From Nitrososphaeraceae archaeon (GTDB lineage: Archaea > Thermoproteota > Nitrososphaeria > Nitrososphaerales > Nitrososphaeraceae): a DNA stretch of 64,000 bases. This document shows, piece after piece, positions 57,917-64,000 of this stretch (position 1 is its first letter; each line of letters opens with the position of its first letter). The stretch is taken from NCBI GenBank assembly GCA_035250975.1, contig DATFEP010000004.1, positions 31,227-95,226 of the forward strand, in the 5' to 3' direction. Under the pieces are notes generated by a model. The model searched no databases. It worked only from the letters and a program-made list of their open reading frames with translations, and had not been told where the DNA came from. A program made the translations under genes and the position numbers.

Positions 57917-59626
57917 TTATCTTTGGATAATTGCTTCGGTGAACCATTGAGGAAACATTTCTTTGGCATTTTTCAAAAGATAACTTATGTTACTATCTAA
58001 AATATATGTACTGGCATGATCTTCTTTACTCCTAACGCTTCTTCCATACGCTTGTACTACTTTAATAACAGTATTCCAAAGATACCAATTCATGTCTTTT
58101 TTTCTCATCGTATATACTTTCCTGTCACTCAGATCTGGATATGGAACTTTAGTGATTATTTGAAACCTAGATAAATCGTCTTTAAGATCAAGTCCATAGT
58201 ATAGGGAAGGTGAAATCAGGACAGTGGGATTCTTATTTTTAAAGTGTTTTTGTAATATTTCAGTTCTATCCATATTTGGTCCGGTTTCTATCAGCCTCAT
58301 CTTATTCTGCGTACTCAGGTTATTCTTGATATAGTTTAATTGAAAGTAGGATGTTGTATGAATAATTCCTTTTTCTTTTTTGTGAATACTCATTATATTA
58401 TCAATAGCTTTTGCGATAGGGGGAAGATTTGACGTTATTGTTTTGCTGTTTAGCCAAGCTACATTCATTAGATGTATGGGTCTATTTTCTTTTGGGAAGT
58501 CAGATTCTTTTATTCTGATAAAGGTAATTTTATCTTCAGGAAGACCAGAAATTTTACTCAAATAATCTTTGTTTAGAATGGTCGCACTCATGAACAATCC
58601 GTAGGAACTGTTTTCAAGAATTTCTTTAAAATAGTCTGCAATATCCAAAGGCGTAATTGTTATTTTTCGTATGGAATTATCGACAGCTCTATCGATATTT
58701 GTTACCAACCAATTGGACTTGTGTCTTTTCATGTCATTTAGAACTTGGGAAATATTTTTTTCTCTGTTGATGAAATCTATAAGATTTTTCTCGGTATGAG
58801 GTTCTCTTAAATCGTTTCTTTCTATAGCCATCTGAGCATCTTCTATAAAGTCAAGAATATGATTTCTATAATCTTCACAAAAACCTATCCATGTTTCTAT
58901 CTCTTCTTCTTTTTTATGAGGCAATTTGAGAGTTGGAAACATTTTTGAAATAAGATCCCCATTTATTGTGAAACTCTTGAAATCAGAAATTTCTGATTCT
59001 ATATTATGAACCTCGTCAAAAACTATCAAATCTCTTTTCACAATATTGTTAGAGAAATATAGGTCTGATAAGAAATATTTATAGTTGTAAATGGTATGGG
59101 ATGATTTTATTGCTATCCATTTCTGATGAAAATAATAACATGGTTCCCAGTCAATTTTCTCAAATCGAAGTTGTGAATCATGTTTTCTGATATATTTCAT
59201 CTTTTCCATTTGACCTATTCCTGCATATTCAAATTTTGTTCCAAGACCACTTACCTTGTAATCTAGTAGTCTAGTCTTATAATTGCAGTCAAATTCTTCT
59301 TCTTTCTGACAAGGTCCATATTCACAAGTTTCACTTATTCCTTCATTTTGTTTTAACAGACACATAAAATTTCTCTTTCCTTTTGCTTCTCTTACAAAGG
59401 GAAAATCCTTAGAATACTGGTTTTGTAAGTCCTTTGTCGAAGTACAAATATGAGAACTTCCGAGGTATCTTGCTAATGCAATGGCTATGGGACTCTTTCC
59501 AAATCCTGTAGGTGCTTCCAGAAATATGTATTTGATTCCATTTTCTATCTCTTCTTCTATTTTTTGAATGACATTCTTTTGTCTTTCTCTTATAGTGTTA
59601 AATGGGAAATAATTTATTAGATTCAT
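57917..59626 (-). CDS. DinG/Rad3(XPD)-family helicase
   Basis: APTGFGKS, Cys cluster (likely Fe-S), DEVH, SAT, QAYGRSVRS..D. Confidence 0.9.
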   Translation of the reverse strand: MNLINYFPFNTIRERQKNVIQKIEEEIENGIKYIFLEAPTGFGKSPIAIALARYLGSSHICTSTKDLQNQYSKDFPFVREAKGKRNFMCLLKQNEGISETCEYGPCQKEEEFDCNYKTRLLDYKVSGLGTKFEYAGIGQMEKMKYIRKHDSQLRFEKIDWEPCYYFHQKWIAIKSSHTIYNYKYFLSDLYFSNNIVKRDLIVFDEVHNIESEISDFKSFTINGDLISKMFPTLKLPHKKEEEIETWIGFCEDYRNHILDFIEDAQMAIERNDLREPHTEKNLIDFINREKNISQVLNDMKRHKSNWLVTNIDRAVDNSIRKITITPLDIADYFKEILENSSYGLFMSATILNKDYLSKISGLPEDKITFIRIKESDFPKENRPIHLMNVAWLNSKTITSNLPPIAKAIDNIMSIHKKEKGIIHTTSYFQLNYIKNNLSTQNKMRLIETGPNMDRTEILQKHFKNKNPTVLISPSLYYGLDLKDDLSRFQIITKVPYPDLSDRKVYTMRKKDMNWYLWNTVIKVVQAYGRSVRSKEDHASTYILDSNISYLLKNAKEMFPQWFTEAIIQR

Positions 59627-59722
59627 GCTTTTTTTATTTCAGTCTTTAAATTCTAGTGGATTTCCGATATATCTAATTATGGATCTATCCTTAAACAGCT
59701 TTTTTTGATAATCAACACCTAA

Positions 59723-59932
59723 TCAATATGAATAATGTGAATAACTTTGATTTCTATCCCTTTTTGTGGGCTTCTTGTTTTTTCTTCTATTCACAAAATG
59801 TCTGTTAAGCACCCTTCCAGTGGTCCAGTCTTCGCTCAATGGTTTTCTTGCACGTCTTGCAGATTTGGGACCTATCCTTTTTCCCAAAAAAATTCTGCCT
59901 TTTTTTGATATGCCACCCATTTCTACATGCAA
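59723..59932 (-). CDS. Small highly basic protein
   Basis: MGGISKKGRIFLGKRIGPKSARRARKP...RRKNKKPTKR; likely start at the second Met. Confidence 0.6.
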   Translation of the reverse strand: MHVEMGGISKKGRIFLGKRIGPKSARRARKPLSEDWTTGRVLNRHFVNRRKNKKPTKRDRNQSYSHYSY

Positions 59933-59996
59933 CTTTAAACTGGATAATCTTATTAATTCTTTGTTTCATGTTTGCGATTTAATTATAAATGATTTG

Positions 59997-60230
59997 TCAT
60001 TCAAGAAAAATCTCTTCCGTAGTCTTTTTCAAATCGACTGAGTTATTGATTTTGTCATGGATAATTAACAACACATCTTCAAATTCTAGTTTTTTTTGAA
60101 GAGTTTGAAGATAAAAATTTAGCTCATACAAATCGTTGAAACTCGCCTCATCTATGACTTCTGTAACCAAATCATTATAAATAACCGAATGATATTTCTT
60201 TTCTGATTTTACGATTTTGATCACTTTCAT
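59997..60230 (-). CDS. Hypothetical protein
   Basis: 77-aa ATG ORF. Confidence 0.6.
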   Translation of the reverse strand: MKVIKIVKSEKKYHSVIYNDLVTEVIDEASFNDLYELNFYLQTLQKKLEFEDVLLIIHDKINNSVDLKKTTEEIFLE

Positions 60231-60335
60231 ATTCCCAAATATTTAGATTTTAATCTGATCTAAAATACCTTCTTTTAGTTTGATGAAATTAATTTTAGTT
60301 AAACATATCTTTGGTTAACCAGCAAGTATTGTCAT

Positions 60336-60503
60336 ATGGTTAATATTCAGATTCAGGATCTTACGTTAAGAAGGCTGGCGTCATTAAAAGATGATTTAAT
60401 GCAAAGACGAAAAAAAAATATTGAGTTCGATGAATTAATAAACGAACTAATTGACAATTATCAACAAAATACGTGGGACCAAGACATGCCCGCTGGAGGA
60501 TGA
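60336..60503 (+). CDS. 55-aa ribbon-helix-helix-like microprotein, not in the ORF track
   Basis: MVNIQIQDLTLRRLASLKDDLMQRRKKNIEFDELINELIDNYQQNTWDQDMPAGG. Confidence 0.7.
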   Translation: MVNIQIQDLTLRRLASLKDDLMQRRKKNIEFDELINELIDNYQQNTWDQDMPAGG

Positions 60504-60681
60504 TTTATCTTCAATATCGTTTCTTCCCCTATATTGAATTACCAACATATATTCTATACTCTTCTCAAAATTCTGTCTATTTAATTTGCTATTTTTTTAT
60601 AATGTATTAAATCATAAAATTTAAAATCAAATGTCTATCTTTTAGATAGTTTTTAATAATTGATAATTCTTATGATTTTTA

Positions 60682-60969
60682 ATGAATTTATTGCATCATG
60701 ACAAATATAACTGTGAATTCGATGATGAGAAATTCCATACCTATCAAGAATTAATCGATCACATTAGACATGTTCATCATCATGCTATTTTAAAATGCGA
60801 TAATTGTGGAAAAGAGTTCATTCATGAAAAGGACAGACTTCATCATGTAAGAGAAGAACATGAAAAAGAGTATGATAAGAGAGAACATAAAGATATCTAT
60901 CAGAAAACCACCAAAAGACCACAAGATCAGGTCGATGAACGTACAAGACAATTCAGTGATAACTTCTAG
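60682..60969 (+). CDS. Double C2H2 zinc-finger protein
   Basis: CEFD...F....L..HIRHVH and CDNCGKEF......LHHVREEH. Confidence 0.85.
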   Translation: MNLLHHDKYNCEFDDEKFHTYQELIDHIRHVHHHAILKCDNCGKEFIHEKDRLHHVREEHEKEYDKREHKDIYQKTTKRPQDQVDERTRQFSDNF

Positions 60970-61057
60970 TTATATATAATTTCATAATTTCAAATATTTT
61001 TAATAACAAAGGTATTCTGGTAATTATAATAAACGCTTTCTTGAGGAACTGATAAAT

Positions 61058-61297
61058 TTAAAGATATGTATTTAATTCGGAAATTTCATTTTCAATTATT
61101 TGTTTATCTTCATTATGTGGAGTTGCTATGAGCAAATTCTCGCATGCTTCTATCTGAGATGCTAAAATATCCCTTTTATCTAAACATAAGCTATGATATT
61201 GATCTACAAAAGAATATATTATTTTCTTGTTGCTCTCCTTACACCCGCATATTTTAGCAATGAGTACTTGAGAAATTTCCGTGCCTGTAATATTCAT
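61058..61297 (-). CDS. Hypothetical protein
   Basis: KICGC...YSFVDQYHSLC...QIEACENLL; overlaps the upstream ORF (ATGA). Confidence 0.7.
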   Translation of the reverse strand: MNITGTEISQVLIAKICGCKESNKKIIYSFVDQYHSLCLDKRDILASQIEACENLLIATPHNEDKQIIENEISELNTYL

Positions 61298-61533
61298 TTA
61301 TAATAATCTGACCTCCTTGAAAACATGATGTAAGAATTATTCGACGTATTTTGTCCGTAAATTTCTTTCATAAATTCAGAATAATTTTGAGATATATCTT
61401 TGTAATAACTATAAAAATATTCCATGAGCTTGTTAAATAACGTTGAAGTATCTCTTAAAATGTATGTCACATGTCGTGGTGTAATGTCTCTAAGGTCTGT
61501 AATATTCCTTTTGTCATTTTTATATGTAACCAT
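61294..61533 (-). CDS. Hypothetical protein
   Basis: 79-aa ATG ORF, coupled to the next gene. Confidence 0.5.
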   Translation of the reverse strand: MVTYKNDKRNITDLRDITPRHVTYILRDTSTLFNKLMEYFYSYYKDISQNYSEFMKEIYGQNTSNNSYIMFSRRSDYYK

Positions 61534-62093
61534 GGAGTAATTATTGGGTACTTATTTATTAATATGATTGAACAATGTTAATTGTATAACCTTACTATAT
61601 ATTTCAATTCTTCTGATAATTATATTAATCATTATTGCTTTTCTATTTTATCTTTTTAATAGATTATTATTTACAAAAATTCGAAAGAATTCACTTAAGA
61701 CTTAGATTTTTATTTGATGAAAATAAAAAAGTAATGAAAAACTTGAACAAGACACAGAATTAGAAATAAGCAAACAAAAATGCGAAAATCCACTCTTGCT
61801 ACCAATATGATGTGAATCAATTATGCAGATAAATAAAACACATGCATATTCAACATATTCTGTTTGTTCATAAATGGAATTTGTAAGTTAATAGGTATAT
61901 TTTAGCCTGTTTACATATTTAACACATTTCATTATTACCATATGTAGTTTTTTTAGTATAACTTAAATTAACATTTTGACTAAATTTATTAAATTTATCT
62001 ATATTTTGTCGGACAAAATCTAGTAAATAATTGAACCTGAATTGAACAATAATATTTAAAAATACCAAATGGGAAACTATATTTCAGTCAACC

Positions 62094-62732
62094 TTGTTAT
62101 CAGATGTGTTTAGTTCCTTTTTTATTGAAATAGTTAGTTTTTTGAATGCGTTTCATGGAGATCTATTAAAATCAATTATTGCCCTTTTCGTAGTGATAGA
62201 TCCTATCGGAAATATTCCAATCTTTATTTCTCTCACACAGAAACTGGAAATAAAAGATAGGCAACTTGTTTCAAAGACAGCAATTTTAACTGCTTTAATT
62301 TTATTAATGATATTTGGAATAGCTGGTAAACAAATTTTAGATATTTTCGGGATCACAATATTTAGTTTTATGATTGCTGGTGGTGCCCTTTTATTTATAA
62401 TAGCGATAGAGCTGTTAACATATGGTGAATGGAGATTCAATAAAACTTCACCTACAGGTGAAACTGGTGTTGTACCTATTGCATTTCCATTATTGGCTGG
62501 TCCTGGAGCGATCACGACTGTGATAATAACATATCAAACTAGTGGATTTGTAGTAACCATAATCTCTATAATAATCGTTTTATTGATGACGTATTTTATA
62601 TTTCGTCTTATAAATCCAATCTATAAATTATTGGGTAATCGAGGTTCTTTAATTATTTCGAGAGTATTTGCAATAATAATAGCTGCAATTGCTGTTCAAT
62701 ATGTAGTAGACGGGTTCAAGAATTTAATATGA
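62094..62732 (+). CDS. marC: MarC family integral membrane protein
   Basis: LFVVIDPIGNIP, IAGG.LLF, VPIAFPLLAGPGAIT. Confidence 0.93.
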   Translation: MLSDVFSSFFIEIVSFLNAFHGDLLKSIIALFVVIDPIGNIPIFISLTQKLEIKDRQLVSKTAILTALILLMIFGIAGKQILDIFGITIFSFMIAGGALLFIIAIELLTYGEWRFNKTSPTGETGVVPIAFPLLAGPGAITTVIITYQTSGFVVTIISIIIVLLMTYFIFRLINPIYKLLGNRGSLIISRVFAIIIAAIAVQYVVDGFKNLI

Positions 62733-63126
62733 ATATTTTGTTCGTGAGTTGTATATCGAGCTGTAGTGTAGGAACGCATCTTGTGGATCTATAGTAATTA
62801 CCAACACAAAATTGTTTTGTCGTAATAGTCCCTTCACAACATCAATAAATGATTTTAGAAAGATTTGACATGTCACAGAGAGAATAAGAAACGAAATTGA
62901 CAAGATCTGGCAAATAATTTTTTGTATATCAGACTTGACGATTAAGAAAAATTATTCTAACTAAAGATTATCAACGGTAATGTTTTTGTAAATCATAATT
63001 TTCTTTTGAAGCTTTTATTGAAATTAATGTACTTTAATCAAAAGTTCCCATTTCTAATTTTCTACTCTGTTAACGTAGTTAACTAATGGATATATAATTA
63101 AAAATACAAGTATATATTGATTGACC

Positions 63127-63297
63127 ATGTATCATAATAGAACCATTACTTTAAATAAAAACTTTTATGATAGAAATAAGTGTGAATTCGTATTTTGTAA
63201 TTCATGTTGTTGGTGTGCAACTATTTTAAAAGTTGAATATGATATTGGCAAATGTCCTATTTGTAGAAAAAATAAACTTTATATTCAAAATATATAA
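63127..63297 (+). CDS. 56-aa zinc-finger microprotein, not in the ORF track
   Basis: MYHNRTITLNKNFYDRNKCEFVFCNSCCWCATILKVEYDIGKCPICRKNKLYIQNI. Confidence 0.72.
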   Translation: MYHNRTITLNKNFYDRNKCEFVFCNSCCWCATILKVEYDIGKCPICRKNKLYIQNI

Positions 63298-64000
63298 AGA
63301 TTAATGATAAAAGTCAATACTACTTTAGAATCATTGGCCTAATTATATTAATATCTTTATTGGATTCCAATTCTCTTTGTAATGAAACTAGGTCAAATAT
63401 TAAGGTATTTTGTACGAGAATAAGGGCTCTGACTGAATGAATATCGGAATGGTTATACAACTATCTCTAGAATGTGTTATGGAAATATATGTACTTCTTA
63501 GATGTTTGTTAGTGTGCATTATAACGTTGGCTATATCCGTGACATTCATGGTTATTCTCACAGGAGCAACAGAGCGAACAATGTGGATGTCTTAAGCAGC
63601 TCTTCTAGTTGTGCTTAAGTGTATATACCTAGCTTCCACGTCTTACAAAAAATATAAAAAAAGAAGAAAAGAGGAGTAGAAACAAAAATAGAAGAGTCAA
63701 TCTACTCATATATTTGATTTAAATTGTTTCTTATGGGAAGATGTTAAATGGTTCTAAGTATGAGAATAAGGTTAATTTGTGTATTTTTATTGGACTATTA
63801 ATCGGTGTATTATTAAACTATCATAGCAATATAAAAAAGAATGAAAATGTGAATGCCTAAAAAATTTTGTACTTGTATACTTCATTTGTATCGATACTCA
63901 AGAAAACTTCTCTGCCATTACATAAATCAATGAATTGAATAGGAAATTTGAAGATTCGTTTGCCCTGGACAGTGATGTATCCACTATCTGTCGCTATCAC

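Noticed and set aside
458-62515. Many track ORFs antisense to or nested in confident genes (e.g. 458-883, 1492-1920, 8179-8544, 17836-18237, 31259-31648, 50584-51138, 62153-62515)
   Set aside because: Shadow ORFs opposite well-supported genes, with no motifs of their own.
63380-63650. Possible TnpB/IS remnant with CTTAAGCA...TGCTTAAG hairpin near 63591-63619
   Set aside because: Only an 8-bp stem and no convincing transposase or RuvC motif.

Overview
AT-rich archaeal chromosomal DNA, very likely from a soil-type ammonia-oxidising archaeon (Nitrososphaerota, Nitrososphaerales, Nitrosocosmicus-like). Support: 4-hydroxybutyryl-CoA dehydratase of the 3HP/4HB cycle, archaeal histone, Alba, aIF2-gamma, S6e, Topo VI, AglB, uvrBAC, BluB and secreted copper proteins. 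Core genes (about 1-23 kb and 41-60 kb) flank a more accessory block after an intron-containing tRNA-Cys (about 23-41 kb) rich in secreted proteins. Most notable: (1) two adjacent secreted small-laccase (SLAC)-type multicopper oxidase genes that have lost complementary copper ligands, so a complete trinuclear centre appears possible only in a heteromer; the larger subunit also carries a blue-copper domain and a His-lined beta-propeller; (2) a truncated CysRS paralog with a Cys-to-Asp Zn-ligand change, coupled to a GNAT, an arrangement like MshC/MshD; (3) AglB fused to a cyclophilin; (4) two divergent deoxyhypusine-synthase paralogs; (5) a shared palindrome upstream of abfD/hcd and an MDR reductase; (6) seven microproteins missing from the ORF track. 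There is one IS5-family pseudogene and no CRISPR, rRNA or integrase. All family calls come from reading motifs by eye; no database searches were run.
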